NCBI GenBank assembly: GCA_965197585.1
Contig: OZ240215.1
Coordinates: 320,001-384,000 of the forward strand
Length of the DNA: 64,000 bases
Reading direction: 5' to 3'
Source of the DNA: Dehalococcoidia bacterium
GTDB lineage: Bacteria; Chloroflexota; Dehalococcoidia; Plut-88900
Part shown: positions 37,836 to 47,199 of the stretch, piece by piece
Numbering within the stretch: the stretch's first letter is position 1
Layout of the letters: each line of letters begins with the position of its first letter
Notes under the pieces: generated by a model
Told to the model about the DNA's origin: nothing
Databases searched by the model: none
The model's input: only the letters and a program-made list of their open reading frames with translations
Made by a program: the position numbers and the translations under genes

Positions 37836-38081
37836 TCATGCCCCTTCCGCAGGGTAGAACTCCACCATGACGGGGTGGTTCAGGCAGTACCGGGTAACGC
37901 AGGCGCTGTGCGATCTCCCTTTGTATGCGTTGAGGTCGCAGTTCCCGGAGGACAGATCGACGTCGCAGAGTATCACTTCGCCGCCGTCCGTCTTGAACTC
38001 CGCTCTCCGAGCGAACGGGAGATACCCGAGGATCTCTCCCTTATGGATGCGTTCACCGTAGATTCTTCGTTGCGTAGTCAT
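37836..38081 (-). CDS. hypothetical protein
   Basis: GAGGAG RBS before MTTQRR. Confidence 0.5.
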   Translation of the reverse strand: MTTQRRIYGERIHKGEILGYLPFARRAEFKTDGGEVILCDVDLSSGNCDLNAYKGRSHSACVTRYCLNHPVMVEFYPAEGA

Positions 38082-38187
38082 TGACTCTTCTCCTCTCGCT
38101 TGACATTGCCCTCCAAACCGGGAGGTGAGACAGGCAAGACGACTTGCCGGCAAGCCCTGCAGGGGTCGCGGCGTTTGGTCGCGGCGT

Positions 38188-38406
38188 CTAAGCGGCTTTC
38201 AGGGAGGCCCTGAGAGCGTCGATCTCGGCGCGGGACCGCGCCCTGGCGTCTTCGTAGCAGCGCCCCGTCAGGTGGTATGCGTTCACCGGGGAGGAGACCG
38301 CCCTGCCGCCCACGATGTCCACCGAGGCTGTCTGCATGGCCGGTTCGCCGGGGAGTAAGTGTTGCCCGCACCGGCAGCAGGGTTCGAGGGTCATGGTCGT
38401 CTGCAT
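38188..38406 (-). CDS. small Cys/His-containing hypothetical protein
   Basis: GAGG RBS; CCRC...H...C. Confidence 0.55.
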   Translation of the reverse strand: MQTTMTLEPCCRCGQHLLPGEPAMQTASVDIVGGRAVSSPVNAYHLTGRCYEDARARSRAEIDALRASLKAA

Positions 38407-38551
38407 CTTCTTACCTCTCTTTCTTTATTGGACTGTTGCGTTGCGTCCGAAACAAAGCGAGGCCCCGCCGGTTCCCTGTAGAGGGACGACGGGGCTTCGT
38501 GGTTCTGCCTGTGCGTTGCACGCAGACTGGTGCGGCCCAGGGTGAGCCGGT

Positions 38552-39598
38552 CTAAGCTGCGATGTCGGCTATTTCGCCGTCATCCAGGTCGAGGGCCGTA
38601 ACGGTGGTGTTCAGCCGCTCGCGGTGGACTTCCTTTTGAGGCGTGTCCTCCACCAGGACCATCTCCTTGGAGGTGCGTCCCTTGACCAGGATGCGCCTGC
38701 CTTGGGCTTCAAGTACGAGGTTGTCCAGGAACCCCGCCGCCACCAGCATTGCCATGTGCCCCCTGCGGAGGGGCATGAGGGGCCGGGTGCGGTTATCCTT
38801 AGCAGGCCAGAGAGAGTCGGTGATTGCCTTGCTGACCCACAGCCCCGACGCCCGGGCCTCCCTGGCGGCCGCCACGGGATCCACAAGGCGTGTGGCGAAG
38901 AGAATGTCGCCCGCTGCTGTTATGGAGGGTGAGTAGACCGGGTAGTCATCGGCGTACAGCTCCTCGGGCTCACCCTGGGCCCACTCCCTGACCCTGGACT
39001 CGGCGTAGGTGTTGGGGGATGGGTCCGCCTTCCGGTACGCCATCAACACGACCTGGTCGAAGACCTCCCTCTCGGGACTGGGGAAGGCCCAGCAGCGGAG
39101 ATTGCCGTAGTGGGTGGCCAGGTAGCGGGCCGATACAGCCAGCCGCGACCTGGGCACTATGAAGACCAGGAGGCCGTCCTCGGCCAGGTAGCGGGTGCAG
39201 TGGGTGAGGAAGCGGTGCTCCACCCTCCTCTCGTCGCCGGAGTCCCAGTCGTAAGGAGGATTGAGGTAGAGGAGGCCGAAGGCCCCGTTGGCCATGGAGG
39301 TGTTGAAGAGGTCGCAGGCGAGGGCGTGGTCCAGGCGGGCCCCGGCTTCCTCGGCCCGGTCCTTGTGCAGTTCTACTCCGAAGGTCTCGATGGGCACGGG
39401 GACGGATGAGTTGCCCGCCATGGCCTCGGCCAGCCGGGACACGGCCTCCCCGGCTCCGCAGCAGGGGTCGAGGATGCGCAGGGCCTTCCCCCTGCTGTAG
39501 TAGGAAAGCCTAGGCGTCTCCACCAGGGTGGCCAGCATGTCCACCACCCGGTCGGGGGTGGGATAGAAGCCCCCCTTGGCCTGTGCTGCCAGTCTCAT
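38552..39598 (-). CDS. DNA amino-methyltransferase (DUF6094-type, ICE leading region)
   Basis: GGFYPTP, LDPCCGAG, GVEL, LYLNPPY; start at ATG 39598. Confidence 0.9.
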   Translation of the reverse strand: MRLAAQAKGGFYPTPDRVVDMLATLVETPRLSYYSRGKALRILDPCCGAGEAVSRLAEAMAGNSSVPVPIETFGVELHKDRAEEAGARLDHALACDLFNTSMANGAFGLLYLNPPYDWDSGDERRVEHRFLTHCTRYLAEDGLLVFIVPRSRLAVSARYLATHYGNLRCWAFPSPEREVFDQVVLMAYRKADPSPNTYAESRVREWAQGEPEELYADDYPVYSPSITAAGDILFATRLVDPVAAAREARASGLWVSKAITDSLWPAKDNRTRPLMPLRRGHMAMLVAAGFLDNLVLEAQGRRILVKGRTSKEMVLVEDTPQKEVHRERLNTTVTALDLDDGEIADIAA

Positions 39599-39984
39599 GT
39601 CGTATCTCCTTTCTCTTTCGTGTCGATGCCCCGCACCTCGCCCGTGGCAAGGGTGGCGTGGAAACAGAGTTCCTCGTCTATCCTCTTGCCTTCGGCGCAG
39701 TAGGTGCAGAGGGCCGTTGAGATCGCGGTTTCCGGTGCGGCGACGACCCGCCGGACCAACGTGAAGCCGCCCCGGGGGAGGTCGCACCTGTAGAGTGGAA
39801 CCGTCCGGTCCCTGACGTCCCCTTCCGTCGCTTTCTCGTAGAAATGGGGTTGGCCGAACTCGCAGGTGTGACTGTAGGGGCCGTGAAGGCAGAGGAGGCA
39901 GACCTCGCCGTCCAGGCAGTAACGCCGCCAGGCCCTGTTCTCCTCCTCGCTCCACTGCTCGGCGGTTTTGAGGGAGCTATCCAT
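39595..39984 (-). CDS. Cys-rich hypothetical protein
   Basis: Coupled to both neighbours; CLLC and CTYC motifs. Confidence 0.6.
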   Translation of the reverse strand: MDSSLKTAEQWSEEENRAWRRYCLDGEVCLLCLHGPYSHTCEFGQPHFYEKATEGDVRDRTVPLYRCDLPRGGFTLVRRVVAAPETAISTALCTYCAEGKRIDEELCFHATLATGEVRGIDTKEKGDTT

Positions 39985-40615
39985 CGTAGGGTTCCTCCTT
40001 TAGGGCGAGAGTTCCCATGGCCACGGCGTCCGACAGGTCGTACCGGAGCTTCTCCGAGTTGGGGCAGCAGACCCAGGCCGATATCCCGGAGGACTGGAGG
40101 GGTGCGATCTCGCCGTTGCGCAGCCCCCGGCGCCAGAGCCAGGGGGCCCAGGAGCGGTGCAGGGGCAGGGGGCTGCGCCGGTCCAGGAACCGGTGGTGCA
40201 GGGCTGGGGCATCCTCCGTGGAGCGGGCCAGCAGGAGAAAGTCGTCCCGCTCGAAGGAGTACTCCGCCAGTCTCGTGTAGACCATCGCGTGCCAACCGCC
40301 CGTGGTGGGAAGACGGGATATCTTGGTGGTCCAGGTGCCGATGGTCTGGTTGGGTATGGAGCAGCGGAGGTAGTCCCCGGTGAGCTCCCCTCCGTCCACA
40401 CCCCGAATGACGTGGGCCGCCTCGGGGGGCTGCTTGAGCAGGGAGGCCCAGATGGCCTTCAGGGCGGTCTGGGGACCGACCATGGAGAGGAACCAGAGCT
40501 CGCGGCTGTCGGGGTTGCGGGCGAAGGCGTCGGCGGTGGCGGAGAACCCGGCGGCGGATACGGTGTACAGCTCACCGGGGTTCACGGGCTCGGTCACGGT
40601 TTGTGTTGTGGCCAT
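39977..40615 (-). CDS. hypothetical ICE protein
   Basis: GGAGG RBS; LWFLSMVG and PLPLH..W..WLW pattern, next to the MTase. Confidence 0.7.
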   Translation of the reverse strand: MATTQTVTEPVNPGELYTVSAAGFSATADAFARNPDSRELWFLSMVGPQTALKAIWASLLKQPPEAAHVIRGVDGGELTGDYLRCSIPNQTIGTWTTKISRLPTTGGWHAMVYTRLAEYSFERDDFLLLARSTEDAPALHHRFLDRRSPLPLHRSWAPWLWRRGLRNGEIAPLQSSGISAWVCCPNSEKLRYDLSDAVAMGTLALKEEPYDG

Positions 40616-40657
40616 GTCGGCCTCCTTTCTTATTCTCAGTGGGCGATATGGAAGCCA

Positions 40658-41167
40658 TTACACGGGAAAGCAGCCCAGCTCCTTGAGGCTTACGGCCTTG
40701 TCGTGTCCGATGACCACGTGGTCCAGCAGGTCGATGTCCAGCATCTTCGCCGCCCGGTAGAGGTCGCCGGTGAGGGCCCTGTCCTGGGAGCTGGGGGTGG
40801 GATCGCCGCTGGGGTGGTTATGGACCAGGATGAAGTGGGGCGCGGACTCGGCCACGGCGGGGCGCAGCACCTCGGCGGGCCTTACCACTACCGAATTAAC
40901 GTTGCCCTGGTAGACCACCCGCTGGCCCATGACCCGGTTCTTCACGTCCAACAGCAGCACCCTGAGTTGCTCCTGGGCCAGGGGCGTCATCTCGGGGCCC
41001 AGGAGGCGGTACACGTCCTCGGGACAAGTGATGGTCGGGGCGTCATCGTTGTGCTGGGGCCGGGTGTCGACCTGGTAGCGTACGGCCAGCTCGGACAGCA
41101 GGCCCAGGTTGCTCCTCAGGGCCTCCAGCAGGGAGGCGTTGTTTGCGATGTTCTTCTTGTCGGCCAT
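40658..41167 (-). CDS. radC: RadC-family JAB domain protein
   Basis: QEQLRVLLLD.KN, RPAEV, HNHPSGDPTPS..D, LLDHVVIG. Confidence 0.9.
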   Translation of the reverse strand: MADKKNIANNASLLEALRSNLGLLSELAVRYQVDTRPQHNDDAPTITCPEDVYRLLGPEMTPLAQEQLRVLLLDVKNRVMGQRVVYQGNVNSVVVRPAEVLRPAVAESAPHFILVHNHPSGDPTPSSQDRALTGDLYRAAKMLDIDLLDHVVIGHDKAVSLKELGCFPV

Positions 41168-41280
41168 GTTGTTTCTCCTGTATGGGTCTGAATAGGCAGG
41201 GAAAGAAAACGAGGCCGCTCCCGTGTACCGGGAGCGGCCCCGCGGTGCGCCTCCGAGAGGCGTGCATCGGAGAGAGCGTT

Positions 41281-41652
41281 CTAGAAGGGCTGTTCGTCCC
41301 CGTTGGACTGCTCCTCCCTGCCATGCCCGTTGCCGGAGTCGAGGAATACGACCTCCCGGGCGTGGACCTCTGTGCGGCGGCGGCGCTGACCGTCCTGGGA
41401 CTCCCAGCAGTTCTGCACCAACCGGCCCGCCACGTAGATGCGGTTGCCTTTCTCCACGTATTCGTTTACCGCTTCGGCCTGCTTTGCCCAGCAGACCACG
41501 TCATGCCAATCTGTCTCGCTGTTCCCGTCCTGTTTGCGCCGGTCTGTGGCCAGGCTGAGACGGGTGACGGCGGTGCCGCCGGGGGTGTAGCGCATCTCGG
41601 GCTGGGCGCCAACGCGTCCCAGTAGCTCTACCTTGTTCACTGTCCTGGACAT
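41281..41652 (-). CDS. ssb: single-stranded DNA-binding protein
   Basis: VNKVELLGR.G..PE.RYT, TDWH.VV.W, KG..IYV.GRL, acidic tail ending PF. Confidence 0.95.
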   Translation of the reverse strand: MSRTVNKVELLGRVGAQPEMRYTPGGTAVTRLSLATDRRKQDGNSETDWHDVVCWAKQAEAVNEYVEKGNRIYVAGRLVQNCWESQDGQRRRRTEVHAREVVFLDSGNGHGREEQSNGDEQPF

Positions 41653-41775
41653 ATCGGTCCTCCTTGTTGGGTCTTGGGGTGCAGGCCAAACCCCGCACCC
41701 GGTGCTGCTAAGCGGCGGGGCCGCCCTCCCGTAGGAGAAGAGGCGGCCCCGTGGTGCGCTCCCCTGGGGGAGTGT

Positions 41776-42219
41776 CTATGCGACCCGCACGAACTCGGCG
41801 TCCCGCTCGGCCACCGACTGGCGGACTGTCACTGCAGGTTGTGTCCTATTGCTTGGGATCAGTTCGTCCTTTACAAAGCCCTTGAGGATGTGGGCGATGC
41901 CGTCTCCCAGGCCCTGGACGAACACCGAACTGCCGCCGGGCAGCCGGTTGAGCCGAGGGTCCATGCCTCCGACGCCCCGGCACTGGTCAATTACATCCTC
42001 CAATGAGGTGTCCCGCCGCAGGTGCAGGGATATGAGCCTGCAGGCAAGCTCGGTAACCCCCTGCTCGAAGCTCCCGCTCTTGCCCATCCTGCCGAAGACC
42101 TCGAAGGGGTCGCCGTCACCGTCCAGGGCCACGGTCAGGTAGAGGTCGCCGTGGGACGTGGCCAGCACGGTGGTACTGCTGGGCAGGACTTTCGGCCTGG
42201 GTCTTAACTTTTCAGCCAT
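41776..42219 (-). CDS. stand-alone TSCPD-like domain protein (resembles the class II RNR C-terminal region)
   Basis: RPKVL...T..GDLYLTV...PFEVF..GKSG...E..CRLISL.LR...VIDQ.RG. Confidence 0.75.
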   Translation of the reverse strand: MAEKLRPRPKVLPSSTTVLATSHGDLYLTVALDGDGDPFEVFGRMGKSGSFEQGVTELACRLISLHLRRDTSLEDVIDQCRGVGGMDPRLNRLPGGSSVFVQGLGDGIAHILKGFVKDELIPSNRTQPAVTVRQSVAERDAEFVRVA

Positions 42220-42502
42220 CCTTGTTGTCCTCCTCTCTCCAGCAGTGGGGGCACGGGACGAGCCCGATCCCCAGCCGGGCCTGTATCTCTTGGGTATATT
42301 TGGCGTGCACCTGCCGGAAGACCTCGTGGGCCCTCGCAATGTCCTTGACGCTGACAGGTGTGTCGCCGGGAAACATGAACCCGTCGGCTACCTCCTCGAT
42401 CTCCCTCCGCAGGGCGTGGTCGCCAACCCGGTCGACCTGGTACCAGAGCATGGCCAGGCGTTCGTCCATGACGTCGATCAAAGCGCTGCTCGTATCAGTC
42501 AT
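42212..42502 (-). CDS. hypothetical protein with C-terminal CxxC
   Basis: AAAGGAG RBS; ends in CPHC. Confidence 0.6.
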   Translation of the reverse strand: MTDTSSALIDVMDERLAMLWYQVDRVGDHALRREIEEVADGFMFPGDTPVSVKDIARAHEVFRQVHAKYTQEIQARLGIGLVPCPHCWREEDNKDG

Positions 42503-42580
42503 CACCACTCTCCTTTCACCCGGTAGGGAAAGAGCGGGCACGTCCCACGAAGGGACGTGCCCGCTCCGAACGCCGGGGCC

Positions 42581-43366
42581 CTAGGCCGCCTTCTGCTCCT
42601 GCTGTCTCTCCTTAAGCTTGCGGGCGGCACTCTTCACCAGGGGTTCCAGCTCGTCCACGGTGAGCTCCTCAAGCCCTTTGCCCGTCCGGCTCTTAGTGGC
42701 CTCCCTCACCTGCTCCTCCCCGAACCCCTGCTCGGCCCCCAGGTTGATGAGACCCGTCCTCAGGGCCTCAAGCTGGGACACGGGGGGATCTTCACCCTGG
42801 CTCTGACCAGGGCGGTTGTCCGCTACTTCTTTCACGGCAACCGCCTTTGCCGGGTCGCCGTAGAGAGCGTTCCCGAACTGGTCGCCGAAGCTCCTGAGCG
42901 CCCTCTTGAGAGCGTCAGTGACTGCTCCCTTGTATGCGGTCTCGTGGTCATCGATGGTCTCCCCGTTCACGGCGTGGAACCCCACGTCGGTGCGGGAGGG
43001 GGCGCCAGGGACGTCAACCCTGACCGTGGCGGCGTAGGCGTGGGAGGTCCTCACGTCTCCGGTCTCGGCGTTTATCATCTGGGCGTCCCGGAGGTTCACA
43101 CCACCCACCACCTCGTAGCCCCAACCCCCGTGTCCGAATATCCGGTTGGCCTGGGCGATGGCGGTGTGGCCTTCCAGGTAGGAGTAGGTGCGGTTCTTCC
43201 GGCCTGTGCGGCGTGACACAAGGGAGGGGTCGAGGGGCTGGGACAGCTCCTTGGTCACCCGTGGTGGCAGGCTGTCCCAGAGAAGGTCCAGTTCCCCGTC
43301 GCCCAATGGGGCGGCGTCGGGCCGGGCGCCGTTGTTCGTACCGTTCCTGTGCGTTCCGTTCGTCAT
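42581..43366 (-). CDS. Rad52/Rad22-family (Sak-like) ssDNA annealing protein
   Basis: YLEGH..I..AN.IFG..GW, RTDVG, K.AVTDALKRALRSFG..FGNALY. Confidence 0.9.
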   Translation of the reverse strand: MTNGTHRNGTNNGARPDAAPLGDGELDLLWDSLPPRVTKELSQPLDPSLVSRRTGRKNRTYSYLEGHTAIAQANRIFGHGGWGYEVVGGVNLRDAQMINAETGDVRTSHAYAATVRVDVPGAPSRTDVGFHAVNGETIDDHETAYKGAVTDALKRALRSFGDQFGNALYGDPAKAVAVKEVADNRPGQSQGEDPPVSQLEALRTGLINLGAEQGFGEEQVREATKSRTGKGLEELTVDELEPLVKSAARKLKERQQEQKAA

Positions 43367-43441
43367 GTTGTGTCTCCTTTGCAGTGCTCATCTAGGTTGT
43401 TCCAATGGACCGGGGCGGGCCAACGATTGGTCCGTAAGCGA

Positions 43442-43470
43442 CGCCTGTACCGGTGTAATCGGTACAGGCG
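43442..43470. repeat. 11-bp perfect inverted repeat followed by a G-rich purine tract
   Basis: CGCCTGTACCG-N7-CGGTACAGGCG; GGAAAGGGG-type units at ~43538-43600. Confidence 0.6.
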
Positions 43471-43646
43471 CCGGCGTGGAGCGGGCATAGGTCTTTCCGT
43501 GCAGGGCGCGCATGGGCGCGGACCGACAGGGAGGTGAGGGGAAAGAGCTATGGAAAGGGGCGGGGGGGGTTGGAAAAGGGGAATTTAGGAAAGGGGGAGT
43601 GGGAGAGGGCCGGGGCTTTAGCGCAGTGCGGGGCAGGGGTGGGCCC

Positions 43647-44711
43647 CTACCGGGCAGCTTGTGCCGCCTTCTCAAGCAAGCGCAGGAACAGGTCCCTTCC
43701 GGTGGCAAGGGAAGCAAGCTCGGCCACGTCGTCCATGCCCCTGGGCAAGACTACGGCGGCGGCCCTGGAGCCCAGCAAGTACGCAAGGCGGGCCGTTGCC
43801 TCCCTGCCCGCATCGTCGGCGTCGAAGGCGAGGAAGACCTGGGGGCAGCCCATGAGTGCCCCGGCGACCCGTTCCAGGCCCCGTGTGCCCAGGGCGGCAC
43901 AGGCGGGGATGCCCCAGTGGGCAAGGACAAGCCAGTCGACAAGACCCTCGGTGAGGACGACCCACCGGGGAGCCCGTCCCAGTCTTCCCAGGCCGAGCAC
44001 CGGCTTGGGGCCGGGCGGCGCCTGGAACCGGGGTACGGCGCCTGGTTCGAGAGCCCTTCCTCCAAGCCAGCGGACAAGTCCGTCGCCCGTATCGGGTACG
44101 ACGATCATGCCTGCGAACCGCTCGGTGTTCCTGCCCAGGAACAGGCCCGAGTCCCGCAGGCTCTCCTCTCCGAAACCTGCAAGCTCAAGGTGGCGGCGAA
44201 GCCCGCCGCCCGGGGCGTAGCCGACGCCAAGCCGCAGGGCTTCGTGCAGGCCGATGCCCCTGAACGCAAGGTATCCCCGCCCCTCGGGGTGACGCATAAG
44301 CTCCCGGGTGTAGAACCGGGCCGCCGCCGTCAGCAGGCCCGGGTCCCGGGGTGGGAGTTGGAGTTGCCGGGAGCTCCCGGCCCCAGGGCTCCGTGTGGGT
44401 CGCTTGGCGGCGGAAGGGTTGGCGGGGTGAGGGGCGCCGTCCAGCCGCCGTATCGCCTCGGGCAGGCTCAGGCCCTCGACCCTCTGCACGAAGTCCAGGA
44501 CGTCTCCCCCGGCGCCGCAGCCGAAGCAGTAGAACCTCTCCGAGTCGCCGTACACAGTGAAGCTGCCCTCGCCCTCCTCGTGGAAGGGACAGACGCCCTG
44601 TCGAACCCGGCCCCTGCCCCGGAGCCTCACTCCCGACTCCTCCACGACGACGACCAGCGAGTACCGGGCCTTGAGAGCCGGGATGTCCACGGGAGCAGTG
44701 GCTAGGACCAT
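43647..44711 (-). CDS. DnaG-like primase (CHC2 zinc finger + Toprim)
   Basis: CPFHEE..SF...FYCFGCGAGGD, LTEGLVD, AFDADDAG. Confidence 0.9.
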   Translation of the reverse strand: MVLATAPVDIPALKARYSLVVVVEESGVRLRGRGRVRQGVCPFHEEGEGSFTVYGDSERFYCFGCGAGGDVLDFVQRVEGLSLPEAIRRLDGAPHPANPSAAKRPTRSPGAGSSRQLQLPPRDPGLLTAAARFYTRELMRHPEGRGYLAFRGIGLHEALRLGVGYAPGGGLRRHLELAGFGEESLRDSGLFLGRNTERFAGMIVVPDTGDGLVRWLGGRALEPGAVPRFQAPPGPKPVLGLGRLGRAPRWVVLTEGLVDWLVLAHWGIPACAALGTRGLERVAGALMGCPQVFLAFDADDAGREATARLAYLLGSRAAAVVLPRGMDDVAELASLATGRDLFLRLLEKAAQAAR

Positions 44712-45175
44712 GACCCGCCTCCCTTCCCCAGATTTCTGAGGCCCCGGAGGCTGCCCCTGGAGACCACCTTGCCGGGGAGCCAGCGCATCCCAATGACAGC
44801 CACCACTTCTAGTATGGCGTTCTCCCGGGAGACCAGGGCCGCAGCCCGGCCTGCGCCGGGGCTGTAGACCAGGACCCCCTTCTTCCCGAACCGGCGCCGC
44901 ACCAGGTCCACCCACTCGGAGTAAGCCCAGCAGGCGTCCCTCACGGGAGCGTTGGGGGTATCCACCTCGGACATCACGGACAGGGCCCCGTCCAGGTCCG
45001 CGGCCTTCCTCAACCTCCGAGCATCGTGGACGCTCTTCGCCACCGTCGGCGCCGGCACAGCGCTCTCTTCTTCCCGCACCCCGAACAGGGCCTCGATCAC
45101 CCTGTCCACCAGCTCTTCCAGGCTGTGCCGGGTACCCACTGCCCCACCGTTCATCGTTATCGCCTGCGTTGTCAT
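44702..45175 (-). CDS. hypothetical protein
   Basis: AAAGGAG RBS; coupled to the primase gene. Confidence 0.7.
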   Translation of the reverse strand: MTTQAITMNGGAVGTRHSLEELVDRVIEALFGVREEESAVPAPTVAKSVHDARRLRKAADLDGALSVMSEVDTPNAPVRDACWAYSEWVDLVRRRFGKKGVLVYSPGAGRAAALVSRENAILEVVAVIGMRWLPGKVVSRGSLRGLRNLGKGGGSWS

Positions 45176-45215
45176 ATCGAACTCCTTTCCTTGTCTTGTT
45201 GGTCTTCCTTCTTCC

Positions 45216-45428
45216 TTACCTTCGGCCTATGAGCCGCAGCACCTGCCGCACCACCACGAAGCCCGAGAAGAGTCCCATCCCGTTGAGGGCGAAGACCTCC
45301 AGGCTCCAGGTGATGGCCAGCGGCGCCACGATGAGCAGTGCCAGGACCGGCCACTTGAACCTCACCAGGCACCGGCCAACCCCGAGGGCGGCGCTCATTA
45401 CCATGGAGAGCACTACGAGAACTTGCAT
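45216..45428 (-). CDS. small membrane protein
   Basis: AAGGAGG RBS; 2-3 hydrophobic segments. Confidence 0.6.
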   Translation of the reverse strand: MQVLVVLSMVMSAALGVGRCLVRFKWPVLALLIVAPLAITWSLEVFALNGMGLFSGFVVVRQVLRLIGRR

Positions 45429-46006
45429 GTGAACCTCCTTTGCTTTTGTTCGCACCGGCATCCTCGATGCGAGACTCGACCTGACTACCGAATGGAAATT
45501 GACGCGGCTTCTCCCCGGACCGGATGCAGGCATTGGGGGGGAGATGGGTAGTTACTGGTATCCCTGAGAAGGCAACTTCATCCAGGGATTTGGGGCAGTT
45601 GGGAACAGGACCGGTGCTTCAGAGACCTGCGTCCTGGCAACTTCCGATGGAGTTGGGCGTCACGAACCAGCCGGGGCATGGGGAGCACCTCGGCCAGGGG
45701 TTCCGGCTTACGAAACGGACCCGGAGGAGCAGCGCTCGACTCCTGGACCGTCTCCCGCAGCGGATGGCGGTTGTTCCCCATGGGTGGCCGTTCGGAGAGC
45801 AGGGCTCGATCCTATGCGGCCTGGCCCGGGTCGGGGAACTCACCCTCCAGGTTTCTAGGGCGGGAAACTCTGGGAAAAGCCTGACATCACCTTCAGTATC
45901 TTCGAGCAGGTGGGCGAATGGAATACCCTCAAAGACCCAATCGGGCCCCGGCGCCCGGATCACTGCCCCCTGTTGTCCTCCGGTTGACCCGGACCGGGGA
46001 CAGCTT

Positions 46007-46810
46007 CTAGCTCCGCCACAGCCCCAGGGTCAGCACCCGGCGCAGCCACCGCCTCAGCAGGGCCCTGTTCCGCTCCACCCGCACACGGTTCAGCCGCTCC
46101 ATTCTGTCCTCGACCTGTCGCCGCCTGTCGAACTCGTCCCAGGGATAGGTGCGGGGAGGAAGGGTGAGCTCGTGCCTGCCGATCAGCTCGAGCTCCAGCT
46201 CAAGCCGCCGTATCCGGGCCTCGGTCCCGGCCACCCCCTTCCTTCCGGCCCGCACCTCATCCATTGCCTTCCTCCACCCGGCAACCAGCGGCGCCGCATC
46301 GCCGTAGACATGCTCCTCTCCGGGCTCGGGCTCCGGGGTCACGAGGTCGGGGTAATCCTTCCTCCTGGGCCGGGGCGATGCCTCTCGGGACACGGTGTCG
46401 GCGCCCCCACCGGCCTCCAGCTTTGCCAGTCTCCGTTCCGTCTGCCTTACCTCCCCAGCCTGCTTCTTCCCCAGGGCCTCGATGGCCGCTTCCAACTCTT
46501 CCAAAGCGCCTCCCAGCCTCTCGCCCAACTCTCCTACGAGCCTCTCCAGGGACTCCAGCCGTTCACCTTGCCGGCCCACTTCCGACTGGTCCCTGTTCGA
46601 CAGGTGCTGCTCAAGGGCATTGGCCAGCCGCGGCGTAAGCTCACCTGTGGTCTTGCACCTCCAGACGGTCTTGCGGTCGATGCCCAGTTCCGCAGCTGTC
46701 TTCACCTGGCCCCACTCCTCGAGGAGGTCGTGGAGTAGGGCCGTCAACCGGAGGTCTTGGAGACTCTCCAGGCTGGGAGTCACTCCCATCAATTCATCTT
46801 GGCTGTTCAT
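46007..46810 (-). CDS. HTH + coiled-coil protein, first gene of the leading region
   Basis: GQVKTAAELGIDRKTVWR HTH followed by heptad repeats. Confidence 0.7.
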   Translation of the reverse strand: MNSQDELMGVTPSLESLQDLRLTALLHDLLEEWGQVKTAAELGIDRKTVWRCKTTGELTPRLANALEQHLSNRDQSEVGRQGERLESLERLVGELGERLGGALEELEAAIEALGKKQAGEVRQTERRLAKLEAGGGADTVSREASPRPRRKDYPDLVTPEPEPGEEHVYGDAAPLVAGWRKAMDEVRAGRKGVAGTEARIRRLELELELIGRHELTLPPRTYPWDEFDRRRQVEDRMERLNRVRVERNRALLRRWLRRVLTLGLWRS

Positions 46811-46829
46811 CGCTTGCACCTTTCCTCGC

Positions 46830-46924
46830 TGTTCCTTTTGCCCCATTTCGTGACTGGCCGTGGAACACTGCCCCGGGAACCGGAATGTTCCTTTTGCCCC
46901 ATCTCGTAGCTGGCCTTGCCCCAT
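46830..46924. repeat. iteron-like 30-bp direct repeats
   Basis: TGTTCCTTTTGCCCCATTTCGTGACTGGCC (46830) vs TGTTCCTTTTGCCCCATCTCGTAGCTGGCC (46886), 27/30; partial third copy TTGCCCCAT at 46916. Confidence 0.8.
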
Positions 46925-47090
46925 GGCGCCTGAACCTGCTGTGGAACCCAGATGCTGCCCCCCGTTGTCCTGTAGGGGGCTCTTGCCGTGATTCCAGCTA
47001 TAGATCCACGACCCGCTTCCACCTGTATACGAACAACTTTCCCTGTACACGCCCATAACACCACATCCGGCTTCCCAAAATGAACGCCCC

Positions 47091-47120
47091 ATAAGGGGGG
47101 GTGAGCACACCCCCCCTTAT
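47091..47120. promoter_or_regulatory. 13-bp perfect inverted repeat, candidate oriT/operator
   Basis: ATAAGGGGGGGTG-AGCA-CACCCCCCCTTAT at the divergence point between the leading and transfer regions. Confidence 0.45.
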
Positions 47121-47199
47121 ACGGCATTACGGATCGCCCTCCTCTTCTCCAGACTTTTTGCCAGGCAAGAAAACCGGTCCACAGCGAGGAGACCAAGAC

